A stretch of 64,000 bases of DNA, taken from Hyalangium minutum. Lineage in GTDB: Bacteria > Myxococcota > Myxococcia > Myxococcales > Myxococcaceae. The stretch lies in contig NZ_JMCB01000017.1 in NCBI RefSeq assembly GCF_000737315.1, forward strand, positions 124,001 through 188,000, in the 5' to 3' direction. The notes under the pieces were generated by a model, which saw only the letters and a list, made by a program, of their open reading frames with translations, had not been told where the DNA came from and did not search any database. A program made the translations under genes and the position numbers. Positions 46,882-56,221 of the stretch are shown here, piece by piece; position 1 is the stretch's first letter, and every line of letters starts with the position of its first letter.

Positions 46882-46950
46882 CGGTTCCGACCAGTCGGAA
46901 GCAGACGCACGGTTCCGACCAGTCGGAAGCAGGCACACGGTTCCGGCCAG
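46882..46950. repeat. 28-bp tandem repeat (2 full copies and 1 partial) carrying the near-palindrome TTCCGAC-CA-GTCGGAA
   Basis: Units start at 46882, 46910 and 46938. Confidence 0.85.
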
Positions 46951-47176
46951 GAGGGTGGGTCGGAATCATAGCGCCAGATGATGTGGCAGGTGGCATGACG
47001 AGGCCCTGCGCTCCGCTGCGCCTGAGCACATCCCCGCTCGGTTGCCCCCCCCCTCATGTCTGACCACCCCAGCCTGTGGGGCGTGTGTCCAGAGCGGCTC
47101 ACCTGGTGAGTGCGCGGGGCGGAGAGGCGGCACCACCTGGTGCGCCCTCCTCTGCCGTGGAGCGTCCCCGTAGCCT

Positions 47177-47201
47177 GCCCTCCTGCTCACAACAGGAGGG
47201 C
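47177..47201 (+). promoter_or_regulatory. 9-bp hairpin occluding the Shine-Dalgarno of the downstream toxin gene
   Basis: GCCCTCCTG-ctcacaa-CAGGAGGGC, then TC and ATG 47204. Confidence 0.65.
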
Positions 47202-47203
47202 TC

Positions 47204-49048
47204 ATGAACCTGTGGCAGAAGGTGCGAGAGCTCGAAGGAAGTCCGGGAGCGCACCCGCCCTCGCGGTTCCCTGCGGCTGTCAGCCTGTTGCTGCTGGCTT
47301 TGTTCGTCGCGCCTGGGGCGCACGCCTCTGATGAGACGAGCCCGATGCGGGCAGTGGTGGGGGCGGGTGTCTCGCAGGGCACCGCGCTGGGCAGTTCCTG
47401 GGCGCCGCGCACCTCGTACAGCGTGAGCCTGTGGGGCTTGTGGGAGGCAGGTCAGGGCATAGGGGTGCGGTTGACGGTGCTGCCCCCGGCCACCTCCGCC
47501 GGAGCGTGGGAGCTGTCCACGGACGCGTTGGCGCGCTTCACGGGCGAGGGGCCGCTGTACTTCAAAGCCATGGGTGGAGCGGCCCTCACTCCCCGCTCCT
47601 GGGGGGCTCCACGGCTGCGCGCTGGGGGCGAAGCCGGGGTGCACGCCATCCGCGGGAGCATTGGGTTGGAGCTGGGCGTGGCTGGCGTGTACGCGTTCCC
47701 GCCCTCCCGATTCGCGCAAGGCGAGGGGGTGGTCTCCCTCGGGGTGGGCCTCCTCTTCGGCTTCGGCGCCCCGTCCCACGCTCCTGCTCTGGCCCCGCCT
47801 CAGCGCTCATGGGCGCAGCAGTCCGCCCACAGTCCAGCAGGTGCCTTCCCGCAGCAGAGCCCGGGCCCTTCGTCCGCAGCAGAGCTGAGCGTGGCGGGGC
47901 TCTCGCCTGCTCCTTCGGAGGTGGCGCACGCCCCCTCCGCCGAGCGGGATGTGATTCAGCAGATTCTGCTCCTGCGAAAACCCGGGTACGTCCTGTCCTG
48001 GTGGGCCTCGGGCCCCGGCGGACAGGCCATGCTGCAGTGGACCCACCCGCTGTCCCAGTGGGAACGCAAGTACATCGAGACGATGAGCGCGGAGACAGTA
48101 CCCGCGCCCATCCGCATGTGGCCGCGGGTGACGCTGGAGGGCCTTACCCCCGAGCAGACCGAGGACATGGAACGCCGGCTGGGAGCAGGAATGGCCGCCG
48201 CCGAGGGGTATGCCCACTGGGAGAACCGGCGGCGCATCGTCAAGCACTACGTCATGACGCACCCCACTACCCTTCGGCTCCTCCTGACGGGGTATGAGGT
48301 GGCGAGGGATAGCAACCCGCTGCACTTCGCGCTGGAGCGCGGGTGGCAGATGGCCAGTGGCCAGGAGATGTTCACGGGCCAGGAGGTGTCCCAGCTCGGC
48401 GCGGCCCAAGAGTTCTTCACGGCGCTGGCGGTGGGCGTGGCCACTGGCAAGTTGATGACCGCCACGCGGCCGGTGCCCGGGTGGGGTGTTCCAGAGCCGG
48501 TGGAGCCGGTGGCTCCTGGCAAGGGAGAGGCTCCGCCCGCTCCGCCGCGAGCCGTGGCGCCTACGCCAGAGCCCGCTCCGGCGCCAGCTCCGCCCCCTCC
48601 GGCACCGGGCCCGTTCGCGCCCTCACCCGAACTGGTCCAAGCCCTCACGGGCATGAACCCAACGCCGCAGGTGTCCGCCGGCCCACGCCTGCGTCAGGAT
48701 GTCACCGTCAACCCGAAAGTACCCAAACTCCTCAAGACGGACCGTCCCATCAGCCCCAGCCCCAGGCAAAATGCGCAACTCCAGAGGGACATCGAGTACC
48801 TGAAGAACGAGCTAGGCGCCGAGAACATTCGGGTGAACCAGCAGCAACTGACGTTCACGAACGGCCAGCGTGTGGGAATCAATCGGCCGGACCTCCAATT
48901 CGACTACAACAACCGCCGCTACTCTGTGGAGTACGACTCACCGACTTCGGACCGTGGCCCTCGCCACCAGTCGCGCCTCACCGCCAACAACCCGGAGGGC
49001 GAAGTCATCCGGATCATCATTCCTGAGCCAGAAGGTGTGCCTCCATGA
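47204..49048 (+). CDS. Putative polymorphic toxin: signal peptide, predicted 8-strand OM beta-barrel, linker, helical domain, endonuclease-like C-terminus
   Basis: …PGAHA signal; eight amphipathic strands ending GLLFGF; RVNQQQ…GINRPDLQF…VEYD tail; ATGA overlap with partner gene. Confidence 0.6.
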   Translation: MNLWQKVRELEGSPGAHPPSRFPAAVSLLLLALFVAPGAHASDETSPMRAVVGAGVSQGTALGSSWAPRTSYSVSLWGLWEAGQGIGVRLTVLPPATSAGAWELSTDALARFTGEGPLYFKAMGGAALTPRSWGAPRLRAGGEAGVHAIRGSIGLELGVAGVYAFPPSRFAQGEGVVSLGVGLLFGFGAPSHAPALAPPQRSWAQQSAHSPAGAFPQQSPGPSSAAELSVAGLSPAPSEVAHAPSAERDVIQQILLLRKPGYVLSWWASGPGGQAMLQWTHPLSQWERKYIETMSAETVPAPIRMWPRVTLEGLTPEQTEDMERRLGAGMAAAEGYAHWENRRRIVKHYVMTHPTTLRLLLTGYEVARDSNPLHFALERGWQMASGQEMFTGQEVSQLGAAQEFFTALAVGVATGKLMTATRPVPGWGVPEPVEPVAPGKGEAPPAPPRAVAPTPEPAPAPAPPPPAPGPFAPSPELVQALTGMNPTPQVSAGPRLRQDVTVNPKVPKLLKTDRPISPSPRQNAQLQRDIEYLKNELGAENIRVNQQQLTFTNGQRVGINRPDLQFDYNNRRYSVEYDSPTSDRGPRHQSRLTANNPEGEVIRIIIPEPEGVPP

Positions 49049-49782
49049 CGCAGGAGATGCAGAGGCTGCTGCTCGAGGACCGCTGGGCGCCTGTCACTTC
49101 AGAGATGGGCTTTCTGGAGTTGGGAGCGGAGCAGGCGGCGCAAGCCTTCGCTACGTGGCAGCGAGGGCTGGCGACGTCCCGTGGCTTCACCATTGAGGTA
49201 CTGCCCGTCGCGGGCCCTTTGGAACCAGCCCTCTCCCATCTGCTGCCCCTCAGTGGTGGGGAAACCCAACGGCGCCTGTTCATCCCCACGCGCAGCGCCT
49301 GGACCGCCTACGTCACCAACCAATGGACCGGGACGGATGCCGCCAGCGCCATGAGCGTCATGGCCCGCAGGCTGAGCATCCGGGGCCTGCGGGTCGTCGC
49401 CGTGCCCCACACCCTGCGCGGGGACCGAGGCCGCTATGGCGCGGTCATGCTGGATGTGTTCGGTCCACAGCAGCCGGGCAAACTCAACAACTATGTCCGC
49501 GCCGTGGAGGTGGCCAATGACGGCGGACACTGGGTCTTCGAGCAGTCGGGTGAGCCCTTCCCCTTCGAGCAGGTGAAGCAGTACCAGGCACGCCGGGTGA
49601 GGGACCGCTTCACCTTTGAGATGCTCAAGGACTACCTACGCCACCTGGGACTTTCCCCCTTCGAGGAGGACTTCTACCTGCCTTCGGGCTCCTGCGCGTG
49701 GCTCGTCCAAAAGACAGGCCCCTTCACCCCTACCGGGCCGGAGTACACGCTGGAGGAGGCCCGCGCCGCCCACGTGTTGTGA
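49045..49782 (+). CDS. Putative cognate immunity protein
   Basis: Translationally coupled to the toxin; no signal peptide. Confidence 0.55.
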   Translation: MTQEMQRLLLEDRWAPVTSEMGFLELGAEQAAQAFATWQRGLATSRGFTIEVLPVAGPLEPALSHLLPLSGGETQRRLFIPTRSAWTAYVTNQWTGTDAASAMSVMARRLSIRGLRVVAVPHTLRGDRGRYGAVMLDVFGPQQPGKLNNYVRAVEVANDGGHWVFEQSGEPFPFEQVKQYQARRVRDRFTFEMLKDYLRHLGLSPFEEDFYLPSGSCAWLVQKTGPFTPTGPEYTLEEARAAHVL

Positions 49783-49865
49783 CGCAACCCCTTTTTGTGA
49801 CGCACCCAATGCGAATGCCTGTCTTGGTGGTGCTCACACCCAACGCAGCGCCCGCGGGTGGAGCA

Positions 49866-50417
49866 CTACGGCGCCACGGGAATCTGCGCCAACAGGATGC
49901 GGTCCTTGCCGTCATTGCGGACCGCCTCCGGGTTGGTGAGCTTCATGCGCGTGTCCGAGCGCGGCTCCCACAGCCCCATCCACAAGGTGACGGAGCGCAC
50001 GGAGGAGCCGGGCGGGATGTAGATGTTGAAGTCATCCCTCACCGTCTCGCCCGGCTTCCACTGCGTGGTGGGGTAGATGCCGCCCGAGGGCTTGTGGTCG
50101 ATGTTCATCCGCTCCATCTTCCCCTCCGAGTCCTCCAGGTGGACGAAGATGGTGTAGTCCTCGAGGATGGGCTGCAGCACCTTGAAGAAGACGGTGACGC
50201 GTGCGGGCTCGCCCTTGACGATGCGCCCCGGCGTCACCGAGCCGCCCACCAGCTCCACCTTCTCCCCCAGGTTGGCGCCGCTCTTCAGCGCCAGCGGAGG
50301 CACCTGCTGCACCGTGGCTTGACGGCGCTCGGCCTCGGAAGCCCCTCCCGGCGCTTCGACGATGCAGGCCGAGAGCAGCACCGTGGGCAGCACAACGGAC
50401 AGGCAGGACAGTCGCAT
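49866..50417 (-). CDS. Hypothetical lipoprotein with Ig/beta-sandwich domain
   Basis: Lipobox LLSAC; IFVHL…DHKP..G.YPTTQWKPGE.VRD pattern. Confidence 0.7.
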   Translation of the reverse strand: MRLSCLSVVLPTVLLSACIVEAPGGASEAERRQATVQQVPPLALKSGANLGEKVELVGGSVTPGRIVKGEPARVTVFFKVLQPILEDYTIFVHLEDSEGKMERMNIDHKPSGGIYPTTQWKPGETVRDDFNIYIPPGSSVRSVTLWMGLWEPRSDTRMKLTNPEAVRNDGKDRILLAQIPVAP

Positions 50418-50483
50418 GGTGGAGGTTTCTACCGTTCCGCGGGCGCTGCATCCAACTGCGGATTGGTATAAGCGGGTCGCCCC

Positions 50484-52061
50484 ATGAAGACTCCGACTTT
50501 CCTGGACGTCCTCGCCGCGCAGGTGCCGGCGCCCGCTCCCGTGCCCCCTCCCCCGGGCACGTCCCCCGGGCAGCCGGGCACCCAGCCGGCCCCGCCGGCC
50601 CCCGAGGCCAGCCCCGTGGGCGATCTGGTGGGCTATGGCGTCCTCGCGCTCTTCGCACTGCTGATGGTGCTGGCGCTGCGCAAGGTGCTCCGCAAGGCGC
50701 CTCGCGCGCCCGAGAAGCCCGGCAAGCCCACCGTCCCCGGCGAGGAGAAGAAACCCGAGCTGCCCGCCGAGGCCCCGCAGCTCCGCGTGGAGCTGCCGAA
50801 GACGGAGGCAGAGCTGGCCCGTCAGCGTGAGGCCGACCAGGCCCACGCCCGCGCCGAGGAGCTGGCCCGCCAGCGTGAGCAGGCCGCCCGCGCCGCCCGC
50901 GAGGCCAAGGACGACACCGAGCGCGCCCGCCTGGAGGCCGAGGCCGCCGCCCTCAAGGCGAAGGAGGAGGAGGAGAAGAGGGCCGAGTACCGCGCGAAGA
51001 AGGCCGCGGACGAGGAGGCCAAGGAGCGCAAGCGCCGCGAGCGCGAGGAGGCCGAGCGGCTCCTGGCGGAGCAGAAGGCCCGAGAGGCCGAGGAGGCGGA
51101 GGAAGCCCGGAAGGCGGCGGCGGAGGCCGAGCGCGCCAAGCTGCGGGCCGAGGCCGGCAAGACGCTGGCCCAGGGGCTGGACAAGACGAAGAGCCAGGGC
51201 TTCATGGCCCGCCTCAACGGCCTGTTCGGCCAGAGCCGGCAGGTGGACGAGTCCGTGCTGGCGGAGCTGGAGGAGATCCTCTTCACGGCGGATATCGGCG
51301 TGCGCACGGCCTCCAACCTGGTGGAGCTGGCGCGCGAGAAGCTCAAGCGCAACGAGCTGAGCAACCCCGAGCGCATCAAGCAGCTCATCCGCGACGAGGT
51401 GGCGAGAATTGTGGACCTGCCGGTGCCGCGCACGCTGGAGGGCGGTGGGCCGCCGCACGTGGTGATGGTGGTGGGCGTCAACGGCGCGGGGAAGACGACG
51501 ACGATTGGCAAGCTGGCCGCGCAGCTCACGGGCGAAGGGAAGAAGGTGGTGTTGGCCGCCGGAGACACCTTCCGCGCCGCCGCCACCGAGCAGCTGGATG
51601 TGTGGGCCGAGCGCGCCAAGGCGGAGCTGGTGAGGGGCGAGGACGGCTCGGATCCGGGCGCCGTCGTCTTCGAGGCAGTGAAGAAGGCCCAGGAGATCGG
51701 CGCGAACGTCGTCATCGCGGACACGGCGGGCCGGCTCCACACCAAGGCCCCGCTCATGGAGGAGCTCAAGAAGGTGCACCGGGTGCTGGGCAAGGCGCTG
51801 CCGGGCGCGCCTCACGAGGTGCTGCTGGTGCTGGACTCGACCAACGGTCAGAACGCCATCCAGCAGGCCCGCCAGTTCCAGGAGGCCGTGGGCGTCACGG
51901 GGATTGCGCTGACGAAGCTGGACGGCACCGCGAAGGGCGGCGTCATCATCGGCATCAGCGACGAGCTGAAGATTCCGGTGCTCTGGGTAGGCGTCGGCGA
52001 GAAGATCGCCGACCTGCGCCGCTTCGAGCCGCGCGACTTCGTGAAGGCGCTGTTCGACTGA
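50484..52061 (+). CDS. ftsY: SRP receptor FtsY with N-terminal TM helix and coiled coil
   Basis: GVNGAGKTTTIGK, DTFRAAA, DTAGRLH, TKLDGTAKGG. Confidence 0.97.
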   Translation: MKTPTFLDVLAAQVPAPAPVPPPPGTSPGQPGTQPAPPAPEASPVGDLVGYGVLALFALLMVLALRKVLRKAPRAPEKPGKPTVPGEEKKPELPAEAPQLRVELPKTEAELARQREADQAHARAEELARQREQAARAAREAKDDTERARLEAEAAALKAKEEEEKRAEYRAKKAADEEAKERKRREREEAERLLAEQKAREAEEAEEARKAAAEAERAKLRAEAGKTLAQGLDKTKSQGFMARLNGLFGQSRQVDESVLAELEEILFTADIGVRTASNLVELAREKLKRNELSNPERIKQLIRDEVARIVDLPVPRTLEGGGPPHVVMVVGVNGAGKTTTIGKLAAQLTGEGKKVVLAAGDTFRAAATEQLDVWAERAKAELVRGEDGSDPGAVVFEAVKKAQEIGANVVIADTAGRLHTKAPLMEELKKVHRVLGKALPGAPHEVLLVLDSTNGQNAIQQARQFQEAVGVTGIALTKLDGTAKGGVIIGISDELKIPVLWVGVGEKIADLRRFEPRDFVKALFD

Positions 52062-52070
52062 GACGGGGGG

Positions 52071-53846
52071 TTACTCGCCGCCCGTCATGCCCTTGAGCAT
52101 CTCCTCCATCATCTTCTGGGTCTCGGCGTCGAGCTTCATGTCTCCCATGCTCCCACCCATCAGGGAGTTGAAGTCAAAGGCGCCCAGGTCCTCGTCGCCG
52201 TGGGTGCCCTTCCACCAGCGGCTCTGGAGCCGCTCCAGCGAGGAGCCGCTGCCCGGGCTCGCCTTGGCCAGCTCCTTGCGGAAACAGTCCAGGCAGGCCC
52301 ACTTGTACCGGTAGGTGTCCACGTACGAGCGCAGGCCCTTGAAGAAGGCCGTGTCCCCCACCTGCTTGCGCGCGAAGTGGTAGAAGTTCGGAGCCTTGCC
52401 GTAGACGATGGCGCCGTACTCCATGGAGCTGCCGAACTCCTCCGTGGGCCGCTGCGCCGGGCCGTCCACTCCGCCCATCATCCGGTACATCTGATAGGCC
52501 GCCACCAGCGCCTCCTGCCGGAGGGCCTCGGCGTCGGCCTGGCTGTGCGCCCACTCGTAGTAGAGCAGCGCCGAGTACTGCGTGAGGGCCTCGTCCGCCA
52601 CCGGCTCCTTGATGGGGTCGGTGCCCACCAGGCCCGCGAAGTACTGGTGCCCCACCTCGTGCGCCACGGTGAACTCCAGCGTGCGCTCGATGGTCTTGGC
52701 GATGTTCTGGAGCGGATCCTCACCGCCCGGCATCGTCACGCCGATGGACTGCATCTGCTGAAGCATGTCCTTGAACATCCCCAGGCCCGAGCCCTCGAAG
52801 ATGCTGTTCGGATCCGCCGCGCCCCGGTACAGCGAAGTGCCGACGGTGATGAGGCCCTGGAACTCCATGCCGCCCGCGCCGTCCGACAGCGGCGCCTCCA
52901 CCACGCGGAAGTGCTTGTAGGGCAGCGCGCCCAGCTTCGGCTCGAAGGTCTCCAGCGCCGAGGCCGTGTACTGCAGCACGCGCTGGCCCACCTTCGCGTC
53001 CCGAGCCGAGAAGAAGCTCTCCACGGTGACGCCGCCCACGGTCCTCGTGGCGCTCTGGTAGCCCTGCGAGACGAACACGGGGAAGTCGCGCACGAGCGAG
53101 GCAGCGAAGCTGAAGCGCACGCCCTCCGTCTTCTCGGGCACCTCGCCCAGGGCCACGCCGGTGGCGTGCACCTTCCAACCCGAGGGCACCGTCACCGTGG
53201 CCACCACGTTCGAGGGCTCATAGAGCGCCAGGTCGCCAATGCCCGAGGGCCCGGCCCACGGCGTCCCATCCGCATGCAGCGGGGGCAGCATGGGGACGAT
53301 GCCCACGAGGCTCAGGAAGTCGGGTGCGGCCGAGAACGCGCCATAGTCACCCGGAGGCCCCGAGGCCCCCAGCGCTCCCAGGAGCGAACCCACGTTCTCC
53401 TTGGCGCGGGGCACGGAGGCCTGGAGCGACACTTCGAGCTTCACCCTGCCGCCGGACTCCACGGGTGGATTGACCGGCACGCGAATCAGCGTGGGCTCGG
53501 GGCGCTCGATGGCGACCGCCTGCCCGGCCACCTTCGCCTCCGAGAGCGTCACCTTGCGTCCCTGGGCGTTAGGCGTCACGCGCAGGAAGAGCTCAGAGAT
53601 GGTGCGCTTGCGAGCGGTTACCTCCACCTCCACCCTCCCCTTCACCTCGCGCCCGGTGGGATCCACCTGCAGCTGCACCCGGTACAGTGGCAGCTCTTCC
53701 AGGGAGCCGAGCGCCTTCTCGGCCTTCTCCCGCTCGCCAGGCTTGAGGTGCTGCAGACATAGCTGCACCTCGGCGTTGTCCGCGGCCAGCGCCTGAGCCG
53801 CGGAGAGGAACAACGCGAGCACCATCCAGCGAGCGGCAGGGATCAT
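52071..53846 (-). CDS. Secreted M1-family (gluzincin) aminopeptidase
   Basis: Signal peptide; GGMEF; VAHEVGHQYF…DEALTQY; VYGK. Confidence 0.88.
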   Translation of the reverse strand: MIPAARWMVLALFLSAAQALAADNAEVQLCLQHLKPGEREKAEKALGSLEELPLYRVQLQVDPTGREVKGRVEVEVTARKRTISELFLRVTPNAQGRKVTLSEAKVAGQAVAIERPEPTLIRVPVNPPVESGGRVKLEVSLQASVPRAKENVGSLLGALGASGPPGDYGAFSAAPDFLSLVGIVPMLPPLHADGTPWAGPSGIGDLALYEPSNVVATVTVPSGWKVHATGVALGEVPEKTEGVRFSFAASLVRDFPVFVSQGYQSATRTVGGVTVESFFSARDAKVGQRVLQYTASALETFEPKLGALPYKHFRVVEAPLSDGAGGMEFQGLITVGTSLYRGAADPNSIFEGSGLGMFKDMLQQMQSIGVTMPGGEDPLQNIAKTIERTLEFTVAHEVGHQYFAGLVGTDPIKEPVADEALTQYSALLYYEWAHSQADAEALRQEALVAAYQMYRMMGGVDGPAQRPTEEFGSSMEYGAIVYGKAPNFYHFARKQVGDTAFFKGLRSYVDTYRYKWACLDCFRKELAKASPGSGSSLERLQSRWWKGTHGDEDLGAFDFNSLMGGSMGDMKLDAETQKMMEEMLKGMTGGE

Positions 53847-53899
53847 GGGGCAATGCTAGTTGACCCTCTGGCGAAGCGCTCGCTACAAGCCTGTGGGTC

Positions 53900-54490
53900 A
53901 TGAACGCCCGAACACTCTCCCTGGCCGTTGTGGCTGTCTCCTTTCTCGCCTGCGTGAAACAGGTGCCCGCAACACCTACGCGGTCCGGTCCTCCGCGCCC
54001 CGTCCAGCTCCTGGCCGAGACGCCCGAGCGAGAGACCTCACAGATTCAGGAGAAGCGCGAGGACGTGGAGATCGACACGCGCGACTTCGAGCGCACCCCG
54101 CGCGTGGTGGCCACGGGCGAATCCCCGCTGCTGCGCCTGCAGGGTGACAAGGCGCGCCTCTACGGCGATGCGGAGGGCAAGGAGGGCTTCTCGGTGGACA
54201 ACCTCATCCTGCTCGAGGTGCTGGATGAGAAGGGCCAGGTGCTCAACCGGGGCGCGGTGGGCTTCACGGACTTCGTGAAGGTGGGCCGCGAGCCCGTGGA
54301 CAACGTGGGCCCCATGTCCTTCAACTTCGAGCCCGGCACGGTGGACATCACCGCCCTGCTCCCCGAGAGCGCGCCCTTCAAGGTGCGCGCGACGGCGCTG
54401 GACTACTCGGGCGTGGGCCGCGTCAGCAACGTGTTCCTGCTGCTCGAGTCCCGCTCGCGCGGCAGCGAGGACGACCTGCGCAACCAGTAG
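53900..54490 (+). CDS. Hypothetical lipoprotein
   Basis: Lipobox FLAC; upstream TTGACC-N18-TACAAG promoter-like site. Confidence 0.7.
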   Translation: MNARTLSLAVVAVSFLACVKQVPATPTRSGPPRPVQLLAETPERETSQIQEKREDVEIDTRDFERTPRVVATGESPLLRLQGDKARLYGDAEGKEGFSVDNLILLEVLDEKGQVLNRGAVGFTDFVKVGREPVDNVGPMSFNFEPGTVDITALLPESAPFKVRATALDYSGVGRVSNVFLLLESRSRGSEDDLRNQ

Positions 54491-54499
54491 CGACCGGCG

Positions 54500-55558
54500 T
54501 CAGCGAGCTCCGGCCCGGATTCCGTTGATGGTGCCGTCGCAAGCCCCGCCACAAACGTCCCGGTCCGTCAGCGTCTTGACCGAGCCACCCTGCGTGGCCA
54601 CCACCGCTCCCGCCGCTGCGGCGGCCACCACGCCCACGCCGGCCCACACGTACCAGCGCTTGAACCACGGCTGGCTGGTACTGGCCTCGGGCTCGTTCTT
54701 GAGGGGAATCATCGGCGCGGCCGCGACAGGCGTCGAGGGCGTCAGCACCGGATTCTTCGGCGCATCCAAGCTGGCCACCGGCTGCGTCTCCGAGGGCCGC
54801 AGGTTGGTCGCCACCGTGTAGTCCTTGCCCGCGCGCACGTTGAGGTTCTTCTTCTCGGGCTGGTAGCCCGGCTTGCTCACGACGATCTCGTAGGAGCCGG
54901 GCTTGAGCACCAGTCCGGCGAGCGGCGCCGAGCCCTTCTCCTGGCCGTTGATGGAGACAATGGCCCCCTGCACATCCGACGTCACCGTCACCACGCCTGC
55001 CACGGCCTCGAGCGTGATGGAGACCTCGGTGGGCTTGTTCTTCTGGGCCGTAATGCGGCGGGTGAACTCGGCATAGCCGGGGCGGCGCACCACCAGCGTG
55101 TGCTCTCCTGCCTCCACCTGGATAGGCCCCGTCAGCGGCAGCGAGCCCACGTCCTTGTTGTCCACCATCAGGCGCGCGCCCTTGATGCCGCCAGACAGCT
55201 TCACCACCAACTCCGTCCTGCCACCAATGGAAGGGATCAGCGCGTCATCCGACGCTGCAGCAGCAGGCTTCTTGGCCGTCGCGGGCTTCGAGGTCGGCAC
55301 CGGCACATCCAGGTCCCCCTCCGAAGCAGCAGGCTTCTTGGCCGTCGCGGGCTTCGAGGTCGGTACCGGCACATCCAGCTCATCCGCGACGGGCGCGGCC
55401 TTCTTCGCCGAGGCCTTCTTCGCCGAGCCGCGCTTCTTGCCGCCCTTCGACTTCGTCTTCCCCGCACTAGGCATGGGAATGTCGAGATCCTGGGCGAAGG
55501 ACGGGGGCGCCACCAGGGCGGCCACCAAGGCGAAGACTGCGGCACGGTGAAGAGACAT
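54500..55558 (-). CDS. PEGA-domain protein with C-terminal hydrophobic anchor
   Basis: Two PEGA repeats (GEHTLVVRRPGY; GSYEIVVSKPGY); PWFKRWYVW tail. Confidence 0.85.
   Translation of the reverse strand: MSLHRAAVFALVAALVAPPSFAQDLDIPMPSAGKTKSKGGKKRGSAKKASAKKAAPVADELDVPVPTSKPATAKKPAASEGDLDVPVPTSKPATAKKPAAAASDDALIPSIGGRTELVVKLSGGIKGARLMVDNKDVGSLPLTGPIQVEAGEHTLVVRRPGYAEFTRRITAQKNKPTEVSITLEAVAGVVTVTSDVQGAIVSINGQEKGSAPLAGLVLKPGSYEIVVSKPGYQPEKKNLNVRAGKDYTVATNLRPSETQPVASLDAPKNPVLTPSTPVAAAPMIPLKNEPEASTSQPWFKRWYVWAGVGVVAAAAAGAVVATQGGSVKTLTDRDVCGGACDGTINGIRAGAR
55259..55378. repeat. 66-bp-period duplication encoding LDVPVPTSKPATAKKPAA
   Basis: 55259-55312 versus 55325-55378, one mismatch. Confidence 0.9.
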
Positions 55559-55641
55559 GTCGCTCCGAAGGTTAGAGAGTCGTAACTGGAGGGTCAAACA
55601 CCGTGCCTCCTTCCTCCAGAGGTGATGAAAGATGCGCGCTC

Positions 55642-56217
55642 ATGTCTCGAACCCGTCCGCTGGTCCTTGTCCTGGGGGGCTGCGCCTTCGCCACCCTCGC
55701 CGCCTGTCCCTCCCGAACCGGGAACCCACCGCCTGTGCACGTGCCGCCCGGCTGCGAGCGGAGCCAGGCCGGCGAATACCACCATGTAGGTAACCCCGCC
55801 TTTCGCTACCTGGCCGAGGATGATGGCCGCACCCTCACGCTCACGCTGGCGCGCGCGCGCAAGGACGGAGGCGTGGGCGAGGCACCGGATGCGGGCGCGA
55901 TCACGCTGGTGCTGACGCGCACGCCCGAGGGCTTCGTGGGAGAGACGCACGCCACGGGGTTCAGCGTGGCGGGCACGCCGTGCCCGGTGAAGTTCCCCAC
56001 GGAGATCACCGCGTGTGGCGCCACCACCCTCACGCTGCGTGCGGTGACGAGCACCTCGCTGGACGAGGCCTGCCGCCCGCCTCCGAGCGGTCCTGAGCCC
56101 AAGTGGACGGAACAGGTCCTGCGACGGGGAGCCCCGCCCCCGCCTCAGGCAGAGGCCCCCTCCTCCGCGCCGGATGCGGGAGTGGGCCCCACCGATGGGG
56201 GGCGAAGCGGAGGCTAG
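55642..56217 (+). CDS. Hypothetical lipoprotein
   Basis: Lipobox TLAAC; Pro-rich ends. Confidence 0.65.
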   Translation: MSRTRPLVLVLGGCAFATLAACPSRTGNPPPVHVPPGCERSQAGEYHHVGNPAFRYLAEDDGRTLTLTLARARKDGGVGEAPDAGAITLVLTRTPEGFVGETHATGFSVAGTPCPVKFPTEITACGATTLTLRAVTSTSLDEACRPPPSGPEPKWTEQVLRRGAPPPPQAEAPSSAPDAGVGPTDGGRSGG

Positions 56218-56221
56218 TGCC

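Noticed and set aside
46882-46950. 28-bp palindromic repeats as a mini-CRISPR
   Set aside because: Directly tandem with no unique spacers, and no cas genes in the window.
49777-49804. TTGTGACGCA direct repeat at an 18-bp period
   Set aside because: Two short copies between convergent genes; no further support.
50418-51815. 649-aa ORF on the minus strand
   Set aside because: Shadow of ftsY; the lipoprotein begins at 50417.
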